From Octopus bimaculoides (taxonomy: Eukaryota): a stretch of 40,323 bases of DNA. The position numbers were made by a program, and so were the translations under genes. Shown here in pieces: positions 1 through 12,730 of this stretch; the stretch's first letter is position 1; the number at the start of each line of letters is the position of its first letter. The notes beneath the pieces were generated by a model that ran no database searches, had not been told where the DNA came from, and saw only the letters and a program-made list of their open reading frames with translations. The stretch spans positions 35,396,263 to 35,436,585 of the forward strand of contig NC_068989.1 of assembly GCF_001194135.2 (NCBI RefSeq), written 5' to 3'.

Positions 1-147
1 AAACGAAGACTATCACACAATAGTTATGACAAGAAGACACAAAAACAGTTAATGGAAACTTGCACTTACTGTACAGACGCACTCAAATAACTAGTAACAA
101 TCCAATCTCGCGGAGTCGCTACACCACTAAGCACCTCAACCGGTGTC

Positions 148-211
148 ACACAGACGAAATACCGCTAAGCATTTCGCCCTGCGTGCTAACGTTTCTGTCA
201 GCTCGCCGCCT
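148..211 (-). mobile_element. 5' head fragment of a tRNA-derived SINE (family A, 'GGCGGCGAGCTGGCAGAA...' type)
   Basis: Reverse complement reads AGGCGGCGAGCTGACAGAAACGTTAGCACGCAGGGCGAAATGCTTAGCGGTATTTCGTCTG, matching the heads of copies at 29207 and 29433. Confidence 0.75.
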
Positions 212-270
212 TTATATGTATATGTATATATATGTGTGTGTGCGTGTGCGTGCATGTGCATATGTATGTG

Positions 271-477
271 TGTCTGTGTTTTTCCCGCCAGCATCGCTTG
301 ATAACCGATGCTGGTGTGTTTACGTCCCCGTAACTTAGCGGTTCGGCAAAAGAGACTGATAGAATAAGTACTAGGCTTACAAAGAATAAGTCCTGGGGTC
401 GATTTGCTCGACTAAAGGTGGTGCTCCAGCATGGCCGCAGTCAAATGACTGAAACAAATAAAAGAATAAAAGAATAT
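271..477 (+). mobile_element. 3' half of a SINE (family B, internal-microsatellite type)
   Basis: TAACTTAGCGGTTCGGCAAAAG...CTGGGGTCGATTTGCTCGACTAAAGG...GCTCCAGCATGGCCGCAGTCAAATGACTGAAAC-AAAAGAATA; the same block recurs at 7555-7760 (+), 4826-4915 (-) and 24440-24620 (-). Confidence 0.8.
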
Positions 478-704
478 ATATATATACATGTATGTATATA
501 TATATATGTATATATATATNNNNNNNNNNNNNNNNNNNNNNNNNNNNNNNNNNNNNNNNNNNNNNNNNNNNNNNNNNNNNNNNNNNNNNNNNNNNNNNNN
601 NNNNNNNNNNNNNNNNNNNNNNNNNNNNNNNNNNNNNNNNNNNNNNNNNNNNNNNNNNNNNNNNNNNNNNNNNNNNNNNNNNNNNNNNNNNNNNNNNNNN
701 NNNN

Positions 705-705
<1 letters not shown>

Positions 706-757
<52 letters not shown>
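706..757. repeat. (AAT)n microsatellite next to an assembly gap
   Basis: Perfect ATAATAATA... run read directly. Confidence 0.95.
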
Positions 758-758
<1 letters not shown>

Positions 759-1319
759 GCCCGGATGCAGTACCAGGCAATGGCTCTCATGGCTTCTGAT
801 CTTAATTGATTGGAAGTGTTATCATGTACGTTGTTTTGTCTTGGTATAAAAGATGGGCTACAGCAAATATTCTGCTCAATACCACAGATTTGCTTGTCAG
901 TTGTTTGACCTTAACCAGTTGAGCATGTCCCTTGGTGGCTGACGATATGTGCATCTTTGATCATGAGCAGAAGTAGTTGGGGAGCATCATAGCCATGTGT
1001 TGAGAGGAATACTTTGGGATTTGAATAATTCACCATTGGAAACATGGGTGTTTGGCTCAACATCCCTCAACAAACCTTATTCAGGGACCTTTTGAGTGGG
1101 ATGGGCTACTAGACCTGAAGAAAATTCTAACCTGCGAGGTCATGCGCTGTTTATCTTGATGTGAGATCACCATGTCGCGCACATATGGTTGTGATGCATG
1201 TGCCTGGTGTACCCTTATCAGACGGGTAGTCATGATGGGTATACTGGGCTTCGTATATTTTACCCCAGTGTCGCTTTGATGGCATGCACTGCTCTCTCAC
1301 TCAATAATAATAATAATAA
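758..1319 (+). mobile_element. ~560-bp non-coding interspersed repeat, probably a retroposon 3' portion, ending in an (AAT)n tail
   Basis: Bounded by (AAT)n on both sides and ends ...CTCTCTCACTC-AATAATAATAAT. An 82-bp piece (845-926) recurs inverted at 2066-2147, so it is a dispersed repeat. Confidence 0.55.
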
Positions 1320-1797
1320 AAGTGACAATAAAAGAATGAGACCGCAATATTAAGTAGATAGAGGATATTTATATATATGTATAGTTTAGGATAATCAGTA
1401 AGTTATCATAATAGTACTCAAAGTTTCAAATGTTGGAACTAAGAGCTACGATGCATTCTAATCGGCTATTATCAGACGCTATAAAAACCGTTGAATAAAA
1501 GGGAAGTCACTCTAACAGGTAGGAAAAAATATAAAAGATAAAAAATACACGCAACCATATTCTCACAATACATAGACATAAAACCTCCTGCGTTCATAAC
1601 GTCTGCATACGTACAGTTATATAAAAATGTATATGTACATGCCCATACACACAAACATATACGTGCATGTACGTACTCATGCACATATCAACACACACAT
1701 ACACGCATATATATGTATATGTGCTCGCAACTTCATCCTCTTATACACATAGGTGTATGCCTGCATACATATACATCCAGACATCAATGCATATAAA

Positions 1798-2010
1798 TAT
1801 ACATATTGTTCGAATGGCAGATGAACGCATACCGAAACAGCTGTCTTATGGTGAGCTTCCAGAAGGGAAACGCTATCGGTGTAAACCTAAAAAAAGATTT
1901 AAAGACGGCAAAAAAAGAGAATGGCAATGACCTTTTTGAGTGCATAGTCTGTGACAGACCATGCCTGTCTTTTGCTGGCCTGAAATCTCATCAGCGAACG
2001 CTTGGAAAAC
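1798..2010 (+). pseudogene. RTE-clade LINE, C-terminal fragment of the RT ORF
   Basis: HIVRMADERIPKQLSYGELPEGKRYRCKPKKRFKD is the typical RTE post-RT motif. After a frameshift, CIVCDRPCLSFAGLKSHQR gives the C-terminal C2H2-like finger. Confidence 0.85.
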
Positions 2011-2065
2011 GAACCTCCACCAACTATTCTGCCAATATGTCTGTACACACCTTTGAATGCACTGT

Positions 2066-2147
2066 ATGCTCAACTGGTTCAGGTCAAGCAACTGACAAGC
2101 AAACCTGTGGTATTGAGCAGAATATTTGCTGTAGCCCATCTTTTATA
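2066..2147 (-). repeat. Inverted partial copy of the 758-1319 element
   Basis: Reverse complement aligns to 845-926 with only a few substitutions. Confidence 0.85.
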
Positions 2148-3884
2148 GAACCATCCCCCTTACAGTTGTATTAAATCGACACCTATATACAGCAAATTCT
2201 TTTGTAGTCTGATGTCGGGCGTGATTGATGAAACCTATGAGTGAAGACACTCCAACCACGACTACCTCGTATTATCTCAGTCTTAATGCTTTCTGGACTG
2301 CACTATTCGATGCACTATGTGGTTTGAGGGAGCGTTGGTTAATGCTTCTAGCCGCTTGACGACTGCCAAGAGGTTACCTTGTTAATTCGATATACTAAAG
2401 GTATTTTCTGGAAGAATGGAAGGCAGAAAGGAAGAAGTATGATTCGAACATAGAAAATAGAGGCAAGACTAAATGCTGTAAGGTGTTCTAGCATTTTTAC
2501 CATCGTTGTCTAACATATACATACAGTAGTTTGTAAATATGCCTTCATGACTTTTGACCCACTTTTATATGCATTTTATTTGTATATGTATATTATATAG
2601 GCGCAGACGTGGCTGTGTGGTAACATATACATACAGCTTCAGAGCACTGTCGTCACTTCAGTGTCGAGACTACCTCTCCGCCCATCTCCTTCCCTTCCGA
2701 TTCATCTGCATGAAAATCTTTATACGGTCGCCCCACCTGCAGGACATAGTTTCTAAATTCCCGCAAATCTGATCCAACCGAATTAGAAAAAAAAGACATA
2801 TTGGATATTGTCTTAGAATACGAAAAGGCTGAAATAGTCATGGCTGGATTACGTTTGATCATAGGTCAGCTCAAGCAGAGATGACTTGGTGCAAAAGAAC
2901 ATCAACAACAACAACAACAACATTAGTCTTAGGCGTGCAGGAGAAGGAAAATGGAATCTAGTGATGTCATTTTCTAGTGTAATAGTGGTCTAAAGAAATC
3001 TATAATAATTTCAACAAAGAATCGAAACTGAATCCCAGTTTTTGCTCTTTCAAGAGCTTAGCACTTTCTCTACGACATGCCGTCTAAGATATTTTTTATT
3101 CTGGTTCATTTTCTCCAAGTTGATCTGATATGTGAGAGAGGGGTGGTAAGGTTAGAAACTGGTGCAGACAGAGCTGTGTCTCTACTACTGGTGGTTAGGA
3201 ACAGCTAACATTTAATTGGTCTACAGAACAACCATTGAAGTCTTTGAAGGAAACTATTTTTTAAATTCTATCCTACCTGCCTTCTCATTATTGTTAAATA
3301 CCTACTTGACCATCAGGCCATATTTATCTACTATGCTTATTATACTAAAATAGATCGCTCTGTATTGGCTGCTGAAATAATGCAAAATTACATGTTTTGT
3401 CTTAAAAGGTACATAGTGTAATGCACATAGCAAACCATTTGGACATTTGATTTGGATACCAGCTCACCAGCCCGACAGTCCGCCAACCCGCTAGCCCACT
3501 TTCCAGCTAGCCAGCCAGACAGACAGACAACACACCAATCACCCCTCAAAATATTCTCCCAACCAACGAGTCAATAATAAATAAATATGCTAATTCTGTT
3601 ATAGAGTCAGAAATTTTCCCATATTCTCAGTTTACTATCAGGTCAAGCATCATGACAGAGTCAATAAAATACTAGACCGAAAATGCATGAGATTCAAGTT
3701 CAGTCCCAGTACAGGTAATTTATTGTATATTTAGCAGAATTGCACACTCGTTTGTTAAAATAATTGTTTGCAAATGTGACTTCTGATAGATTAGCTTCAC
3801 ATCCAGGAGGGGCAGGATTTATCTCACATCCACTTGGTACTATGAAATCTAAGCGTACTAATATCATTCATAAATTTGTGTGTG

Positions 3885-4400
3885 TGTGAAACAAATCGCT
3901 TCCTGGATTCTTAGCAAGGATTCGAAACCTAATCTAGATTTTTCTATGGGTCCCTTCCTATTGTCCTCGACATTTCCACTAACAAATTTGTGAGAGTCAC
4001 CTGTCATATTTTGATAAGTCCTATTGTTTCCTGATAATTCTTAGGCTAAATACAATTCAGACCAAATAACACGAAAAATCTTTTGTTTAGCCTGATTTAA
4101 TTTAAATAGGAAAATATTATAGAGAACCTAAATTCAACTCTTCCGTTTTCACTCGGTGCCTTGCTGAAAAGATCTCTCTTTATCTCTTTCGCCTGGTGCC
4201 TAGCAGAAGGAGCAGCTCTTGCATGTTACCATGGGACTACAACTTTTACCCTCTCTACATGTCAGCTCAGAAAGGGAAATTCCATTACTCTTTCTTTCTC
4301 CTTCTTCCTTCCGTCTCCTAGAAGTCAAGCAAATAAACACAGCTACTTAAGAAATGAACAAGAGAACTTCAACTAATCTTTGAACAACAACTGGAAGCAG
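3885..4400 (+). repeat. Old ~500-bp interspersed repeat, copy 1 (unclassified)
   Basis: Collinear by-eye match to 6200-6660, e.g. GCTTCCTGGATTCTTAGCAAGGATTCGAAACC vs GCTTCCTAGATTCTTAGCCAGGATTCGAAACC and AGAACTTCAACTAATCTTTGAA vs AGAACTTCAACTGATCTTTGAA. Confidence 0.75.
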
Positions 4401-4775
4401 TAATTTTTTTTATAACGTAACATAAAATAAAGATCATTCCAACTATTATTTTCTATGTCATTTATTCGATGGATTTCTTTGGTGACCCTCGAGAATTGGA
4501 CTTTAACTTGTCTATGTCACAACTGCGGCACGATGTATCAATAAACTACATATATGTGCATGTGTCCAACACGGGAACGTAAAACACTAAGTAAAAGAGT
4601 ATGATGATTTTGCAACTGTTTTCCACCTTGTTTTGCATTTATGTACTTACTCGTGTGAACGTGTATGTATATGTGTGTGTGTGAAACTACGATGTTTCTG
4701 GTCCCCAATGGCTAACGAAAGGTATATTCAATAGCTAAATGTCTTTTTCCTTTCATGTCGTCTCACTTTGATTTT

Positions 4776-4825
<50 letters not shown>

Positions 4826-4826
<1 letters not shown>

Positions 4827-4915
4827 TCTTTTTATTCTTTTCAGTCATTTTGACTGTGGCCATGTTGGAGCACCGCCTTTTAGTCGAAGAAATCGACCCC
4901 TGGACTTATTCTTTA
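4826..4915 (-). mobile_element. SINE family B, 3' tail fragment
   Basis: TTCAGTCATTTTGACTGTGGCCATGTTGGAGCACCGCCTTTTAGTCGAAGAAATCGACCCC is the reverse complement of the 400-470 tail. Confidence 0.8.
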
Positions 4916-6056
4916 TAAGCCCGAAGGTAATAGTTTCGGGAAAACATGTGCAAAAGAGATTTCTTGAGAGCCGACTTGTTAATGCTTGGCCTCAAATGGA
5001 CTGAACACAACATGGGCAGTTAGAGGAAGAGAAACAAACTAATTAGGGGATCTTTGAGTTAAGGCAGCAGGAGACTGGCCAGATCTGCGGAGTGTATTGA
5101 AATGGAGTTTAAGTAGAAAAAGCACGATAGTCTGGAGAAGATAGAGGTTTTATCCAACGTAAAGATTATTTAATACACGTTCTGAATATTCCGTCTGTAG
5201 GTAGAACTGTAAAAAATAAACAAGAATTTTCTAAATTTCAAGAAATAAGGGTATCCAGTTGTTGTTGGAGTCTTAGTTTTTAGCACAACTCCTTATTTCT
5301 AGAGATGTGTGCGTGTGTGCGTGCGTGTGCGTGTGTGCAAGCAAGCGCGTGTTTGTGTGTGTATGTGTGTGTGTGTTTGTGTGTGTATGTTTGTGTGTGT
5401 GTACGCTATTAGGGTACTCGGCAGAATTACTACGATTCTTGAAAAAGAAACGTGCAAATTCTTCGTATGCGTATTATTAACAGCACAACATTCTTTGTAA
5501 CAGAGATACGTGATCAAAGAACTATCAACTTTACCAAAACACAGTCAAACAGTTCTCAGCCATTCACGATATTCCAAATGTTCTCATCTTCAGTATTAAT
5601 ATATAAAGACTCTTCACACTCCCAACACGTGAAAATCCAATAGACAGCTGTCCATGAGAGAATCAAGAATCTTCCAACAAAAATCCTGCTATCTCCAGTC
5701 TCTGGATTTGTCGGTTGACATTGCAAAACTTAATCATATTGGAATTTAGAGTCCCTCGAACTGGAATGACATTTTACTGCTCTAAACAGACTGAAAGGAT
5801 CTCATAAAAATATAAAAGAAAAACTTGATGAAAAGATAAATCTTAGACGCAGTCGTGTTTTCAATTCATGTCGTAAAAGACGTGTTCCACTGCCAACATA
5901 CATACATACATACATACATACATCCATCCATCCATCCATAATACATACATACAGGCACGTACACACTTACACATTAATTGGTACAGAAATGACTGTGTTT
6001 AGGAAGTTCTTTCTCACATAGTTTCGAGATCAATCCAACTGCGTGGTATCCCATTC

Positions 6057-6088
<32 letters not shown>

Positions 6089-6199
6089 TGTATGTTTGTA
6101 TATATGTATATATGAATGTATGTGTGTATGCATGCATGCATGTATGTATGTATGTATGTATGTATGTAAGTGTGTATGTATGTATGTATGTATTTGTGT

Positions 6200-6660
6200 G
6201 TGGCGAATTGCTTCCTAGATTCTTAGCCAGGATTCGAAACCGAATCAAGAGTTTTCTATGAGTCCTTTTCTGTTATTCTCGGCATTAGCATATATAGAAT
6301 ATATGAGTCAACTGTTAATCTGTAACCATTTCGTGTCAAACTTTGTTCAAAGCCGAGAAAAATCCTTTGTTTAACCTGACTTAATTAGGAAAAAAATATA
6401 AATACAAAACTCAAATTCAATTCTATCTTCTCCGCTTGATGCCTGCCCAAGGAGCACTTCAGTAAAGACTTCTCACCGCGGGACTATAAAACTTTCACCT
6501 TTACTACTTGTCAACTCAGAGAGGTAATTTTTTTTTTTACTCTTTTTCTTTCCTTCTTCCATCCATCTTCTAGCAATCAATTACAGGTGAACTTAACTAT
6601 CCATAAAATGGATATTAGAACTTCAACTGATCTTTGAATAGCAACGCGAAGAAGTTGCTT
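6200..6660 (+). repeat. Old ~500-bp interspersed repeat, copy 2
   Basis: Collinear with 3885-4400 and with the reverse complement of 18850-19260. Confidence 0.75.
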
Positions 6661-6983
6661 CTTATATTGTAAAAAAGAATCCCTTTCGGTCATGAATGAT
6701 CATGGGATTGCACATAGTTCCCCTCAGAGGTACAAGCCATGCGACTTCTAATATTCTGACGATAAAATAAAGACCATTTCAACTAAAATATTTCTCTTGT
6801 CATTAATTTGCTGTATATAATCATTACACATATCTATCTGTCTGCCTGGCTGTCTGTTTGTATGTATGTGTGCATGCATGCATGTATACATGTATGAATG
6901 TCGTGCGCCTGTGTGTTTGTGTGTGCGAATGTGTTTGCGCAAGCGTGTGTGCTTATCTTTCATTGCTTGACATTTGTCCACAA

Positions 6984-7120
6984 ACGCAGCGGTTCAGCAG
7001 AAACAGAACGATAGAGTATGCATCATGCTGAAAGTAAGTACTGGGGTCAATCTAAGTAACTAAACACTTCAAGGCTGTGCCCCAGCATGGGCAGTCCAAT
7101 GACTGAAACAAGTGAAAGAA
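6984..7120 (+). mobile_element. SINE family B, diverged 3' part
   Basis: GCAGCGGTTCAGCAGAAAC...AAGTACTGGGGTCAATC...CCCCAGCATGGGCAGTCCAATGACTGAAACAAG. Confidence 0.7.
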
Positions 7121-7147
7121 AAAAAAAAAAGAATATGTAATAAAAGT

Positions 7148-7293
7148 GTATGTTGCTTCCCAATCACATAGTTCCGGGTTCAGTCCCACTACGTGGCACC
7201 TTGGGCAAGTGTCTGCTATTATAGCCTGGGGCCGACCAAAGCCTTGTGAATGGATTTGGTAGACGAAAACTGAAAGAAGCCCATCGTATACAT

Positions 7294-7324
<31 letters not shown>

Positions 7325-7512
7325 NNNNNNNNNNNNNNNNNNNNNNNNNNNNNNNNNNNNNNNNNNNNNNNNNNNNNNNNNNNNNNNNNNNNNNNNNNNN
7401 NNNNNNNNNNNNNNNNNNNNNNNNNNNNNNNNNNNNNNNNNNNNNNNNNNNNNNNNNNNNNNNNNNNNNNNNNNNNNNNNNNNNNNNNNNNNNNNNNNNN
7501 NNNNNNNNNNNN

Positions 7513-7558
<46 letters not shown>

Positions 7559-7760
7559 TCCCCCACCACTGTTTGAAACCATTGTTGGTGAGTCTACATT
7601 ACATTCCTGTAACTCAGCGGTTCGGCAAAAGATTCCGATCAAATGAATAATAGTCTTAAAAAGTAAGTCCTGGGATCGATTTGGTCGACTAAAACCATTG
7701 AAGGCGGCGCCCCAGCATGGACATAGTCAAATGACTAAAGTATGTAAGAATTAAAAGAAA
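7148..7760 (+). mobile_element. Near full-length SINE family B with an internal (TG)n microsatellite and gap
   Basis: tRNA-like head with B-box-like GGTTCAGTCCC, then GGCACCTTGGGCAAGTG...CTGAAAGAAGCCC, a (TG)n run and gap, then the same 3' half as 271-477. Confidence 0.8.
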
Positions 7761-7832
7761 GCAACACGAAGCGAAAGATAGTGAATTCAGATTGCAATCG
7801 AACCCGTATCGCTCTTGGTGCTGGTGAACAAG

Positions 7833-7864
<32 letters not shown>

Positions 7865-8990
7865 AAGAAATATGCTGGCTGATAAATGACATACAAATGC
7901 TCAAAAATATCTATTTATATATATTTATATATGTATGTCTACATATATGTATGTATACATATGTGTAAGTTTACTTATAGTAAACTGATGTGTTAGTATG
8001 TCACCTGTATCTATTTTCTAATGTTAGGACAGCTAAAATACCTGCCTACTTGTCACCAGGTAAGCAGACTTTTATGTGTGAAACCCATTAACTAAATTCT
8101 ACCCCAGTCGAAGACATTCTTTCTGAGACTCGCCTTCTTACATACGTGCTTATGTTCTAATATACGGTTGAAAATAAACATTCACTTAAATCTGAATATA
8201 TTGTCATTCCTGTCTATCTTATTTCTTTTTTTATAAATACTAGTTACATGTCCATGATGAAATTATTCAAATTACCCGTCTTCCCATCTTTCTATATCTC
8301 CCACTCATTCTCTCTCATTCATGTGTGTGTGTGTGTGTGTGTGTGTGAGTGTTATTTCTATATAAGTAATATATATAGTTGCGCACACGCACACACACAT
8401 GTAGGTTGGGTGGTGCAAACAAGCAAATAGAACTCAAAATATAAGTATACGTTGTTTNNNNNNNNNNNNNNNNNNNNNNNNNNNNNNNNNNNNNNNNNNN
8501 NNNNNNNNNNNNNNNNNNNNNNNNNNNNNNNNNNNNNNNNNNNNNNNNNNNNNNNNNNNNNNNNNNNNNNNNNNNNNNNNNNNNNNNNNNNNNNNNNNNN
8601 NNNNNNNNNNNNNNNNNNNNNNNNNNNNNNNNNNNNNNNNNNNNNNNNNNNNNNNNNNNNNNNNNNNNNNNNNNNNNNNNNNNNNNNNNNNNNNNNNNNN
8701 NNNNNNNNNNNNNNNNNNNNNNNNNNNNNNNNNNNNNNNNNNNNNNNNNNNNNNNNNNNNNNNNNNNNNNNNNNNNNNNNNNNNNNNNNNNNNNNNNNNN
8801 NNNNNNNNNNNNNNNNNNNNNNNNNNNNNNNNNNNNNNNNNNNNNNNNNNNNNNNNNNNNNNNNNNNNNNNNNNNNNNNNNNNNNNNNNNNNNNNNNNNN
8901 NNNNNNNNNNNNNNNNNNNNNNNNNNNNNNNNNNNNNNNNNNNNNNNNNNNNNNNNNNNNNNNNNNNNNNNNNNNNNNNNNNNNNNNNNN

Positions 8991-9860
8991 AAAACACTTA
9001 TGGTTTTGATGAGAAGGAAGAGAGGTCACTTTTGACCTCTTTGGGGCTTTGAAGAACTAATGAATCTAAATGATTCTGCAAGCTCCGAAACAAATGGTAG
9101 TCAGAAGTAGTGAGGCCTGAAATGAAAAAGGCGGGCGAGTGATTTTTTTCCCCAGCCAAGTCCTTCGATTTTTTCTGATGTAATCTTTGCAGTATAGGGG
9201 CCTTGCATTATCGTAATGAAATACCACTCCCTTACAATTCACCAAATCGGGTCTTTTTCTCTTCATAGCAGCATCAAAACACTCTAATTGTTGATAATAG
9301 GTGTGAGCAGTAATTGTTGCATTAGTTGGTAGCAATTCAAAGTGGATGACTCCACAATGCAATCTCACCAAACAGAAAGGAAAAGCTTTTTTTGCATGGA
9401 GGTCCCTTTTGGGCTGTGGTTTAGCATGTTCTCCACAACTAAACCATTGCCAGCGTCATTTTCATAAAAAAAAATCCACTTTTCATTACCAGTCATTAAT
9501 CTGTGAGGTACGTTCACGAGAGTGAAGAGATAAGCAGATGCCCACTCGTGATTTTCGGTTGGCGTCTGTCAAATCATGGGGAAGATGGTGGTGAACAGCT
9601 GAATGGCTTGAATTGAGCTTGCTTGCCAATTTTTCAACTGACACAACATTATCCTTCTCAAGCTTTGACAAAAGAAGTTAATCATCAAATTCAACAGGCG
9701 TGACCTCTCGCTTAGGCTGAAATCACCATTTTTGAACTTTGCAAACCACCTTCGGCAACTTCTTTCGTTCAAGCACTCTTCTCCATAAACAATGAATATT
9801 TTGGGTTGCTTCTGCTGCACTGTTTCCCTTTTTGAATTCATAAAGAATTACGTGCCTTAA
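8991..9860 (-). pseudogene. Decayed mariner-family (D,D34D type) transposase
   Basis: Fragments across frameshifts and stops: VYGEECLNERSCRRWFAKFKNGDFSL (HTH), PHDLTDANRKSRVGICLSL, GVIHFELLPTNATITAHTYYQQL, GVVFHYDNARP, and a SDYHLFRSLQNHL-like tail. Confidence 0.9.
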
Positions 9861-10349
9861 ATGCTCCTTCGATTCGCCTATCAATGAGGGGTTAATATTA
9901 ATAATTAGTTCAGTGAGATTATCTTGTAGAAAAAAAAATTATATTAAATCAAAGGTTTCCCAATTCATATGAGTATCAATCAATATCATTTGACATTTTA
10001 GAATACTGTAAAAAGTGATAGAAATTACGTATTTCGGATATTATTTATGGAATGACATGATATATAAACTACTCTTCAAAACTATAAAACCAGAGCACTG
10101 CCTGTATTTTCTGGCGAACCATACCACCCAAATTCATGAAACTTACCTCTAGATAGGAGATGAAATAGAAGAAGGCATTGCAATATTCCAGTTTATTGAA
10201 ATCCAAAAATAAATTAGATAATAATTTAAAAAAAAAACATGCAGAGCCAGAAACCTATTCAAAACTATAACGCCAGGTAGAATAATGTTGCAAAAACGAT
10301 GCAAAACAGGGAAATTATGATATATTTCAATGATATTCTCCTGCAGTAC

Positions 10350-11230
10350 TGCAACAATAGTGTATTTGACCACCACTTTTCCGAATTACTTTAATGACAT
10401 GCGATTTCATGCTCCGGATCAACTTCCTGCTGTAGATCAAGTGGAAGCTTTTCCAGGCCTTTTTTACTTCTGTTTCAAGTTCACCAACAGATGAATACTG
10501 CTCGCTTTCGCTGTACACAACATTCGTGAGATATTCCCATGCATTCTCTACAGGATTAAGGTCGGGACTCCTTGCTGGCCATAGCATTACTTCAACTCCA
10601 GTTGCGTGCAGGAAATCCAAAGTTGCTTTGTTTTATGAATAGGAGCACTGCCCTGTTGAAATATGAAGTTCTAGCCATGGAATCTTCTTGCTTCTTCGTC
10701 AATTTGAGTCCCGTCTAACATATCGATGTATCCTGCAGCATTGAAACGTCATCCATGATGACAAGTGGCAGCTTCTCATTGGTAGATATTGCTCCCCACA
10801 CCATAAGAGCTCCTACATTTATCTTCCCAGTTATTCCGTAGGGACCATTTAAATTCATTTTTTCTCATCAGGGAACAGAACTCTTGTCCATTAACCAGCC
10901 CACGTCTCATGCTGCCGAGCAAACTCCAATTTAACAGCTCTGTGGAAAGGAGACAATAACGGACGTACTAGCCACTTCTTCAGGTGGAAGCATAGTTCAA
11001 AATCACTCTTCTTACGGTGGATGTCGAGGCTCCTACTCCTGCTGATGCCTTAATTTTGGAAATAGAAGATCAGCGTGATTTCTTCACAGCTCTGACAATG
11101 GTTCTTTCATCCCTTTCTGGTGTAACCTTGGGACGTCCACCAGCATGAATCCTGTTGTAAGATATTTCAGAAAATCTTCTCGGTAATCTTTCGGTTACTC
11201 ATTTCTTCCACTTTCAATGCAAGAATCTTC
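10350..11230 (-). pseudogene. Decayed Tc1-family (D,D34E type) transposase
   Basis: GRPKVTPERDERTIVRAVKK (paired/HTH region), VFPDEKK, MVWGAIS, FQQGSAPIHK and WPARSPDLNPVENAWEYL...KSGGQIHY, broken by frameshifts. Confidence 0.9.
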
Positions 11231-11544
11231 CTTTGTTCAATTTCGGAAAACTTTGTAGCTTTAGGCATAATTGAAATGTAATCTGGATTACAGAGAATAC
11301 AACTGAGTCGAATATTTTTCGAAACGATCTGGAAAGAAATGAAAATGTATTAGTGACTTTATAGTTTTGAAGGGCTTGAGAAAATTGGAAAATCAGGTGT
11401 TGTAATGTGATAATAAAGGTACAAGGTTTACATTTCAAGGTATTCACGAAATACCCATTCACAATATATTATGACTCTTAGTCCACTTAAATACAGAGCT
11501 AAATTTCTAAATAACTTTAAAAAACATGTGACTTTATAGTTTTG

Positions 11545-11545
11545 A

Positions 11546-11600
<55 letters not shown>

Positions 11601-11676
11601 TGTACATGTATATGTATGTATTATGTATGTATGCATGTGTGTATGTATGTGTGCGTATGTGTTTGTGTATGTGTGG
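11545..11676. repeat. (TG)n / (TATG)n compound microsatellite
   Basis: Read directly. Confidence 0.9.
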
Positions 11677-12049
11677 GATGTAACTGATATGTTTGAGAAA
11701 ATCCTTTGAGCAATGCCATTGAAATCGAGTGATATCAATAAATGAAAACAGAAAAAAGGTACAGCATTGCCTGATATGAGTTGATTAATAATCGTATAAT
11801 ATTTAGGGAAAGATTCTTTTTTTCAAATAGAAGAAAAGAATCATCAAAGATTTTGGAGAAATGAACTGTTACCATGTAAGTTAATAGTAATAAAATACAT
11901 ATGGGAAAAATGTAGATTTATGAATTTTATGACGTTTTGGCAAAAACCGATCGTGTTACTCGGTCATATAAATGTTAAAAATGATCAACTCAAATATCTA
12001 ACAAAAGAAAATAGTTATCAAGGAATGTCCCTATTTGCTTACCTTACAT

Positions 12050-12730
12050 GCTTATGATGGCCCATCAAAGGTGATGATTGTCGATCCAGGACATCTATCC
12101 TCCTCCGCCACCAGCACATTGTTTCTCACGGGAGCAGACGTGGCTGATCCTGTGACACTTGAGGGCACTGAAAGTGACTCCGAACAACAACCGCAGGATT
12201 GGAAATGATGACAACGTCTCCTCCTCCCTTCATGCAGTTTCCTGCGTTCGGTTTCAAAGCGCTCTACTCCAACCTCACACACGGACTTCCATACCATCCA
12301 GGGCCTCCAACTGACTGGCGAGGACACCGCATAAAATGATCTTGAGATGATCAGGAAAATGAAGTTTTGGACGATCATGAAGCCTACTTCCTGTCTCAAT
12401 CTTGTTCTCCCATTTTTGCGAGCCGGCATCTGAATCACATGACCAACCCAGCAGAGAAGACGACGAAAGATATAGATCTCAACACTTTAGATACCCTGTC
12501 CTGCTACGTGAGACTAAGGATAATTTAGAGTGATCTGATATGGAACGCTTCCAGCTGTCTAATCTATAACCGATAAAGGGTCCAGCACTCAGACCCATAC
12601 GGTGGTGGGTGGGAGGATATACAGACAGCTCGATAAACAGAGATTTTTGTACTTGCTCTAAGGTTCTTGTCCCGAAAGACTGGTTCGCTGAGTCTCCCGA
12701 AAGATGTAGAGACTAACCTGATTCGACAGA
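12050..12730 (-). pseudogene. RTE-clade LINE, 3' fragment of the RT ORF
   Basis: STSFGRLSEPVFRDKNLRASTKISVYRAV...YGSECWTLY...RQLEAFHIRSL...WVGHVIQM, the standard RTE thumb and C-terminal region, with stops. Confidence 0.85.

Noticed and set aside
7148-7230. tRNA-like A/B-box heads here and in other SINE copies
   Set aside because: They do not fold into complete cloverleaves and continue into SINE bodies, so they are not tRNA genes.
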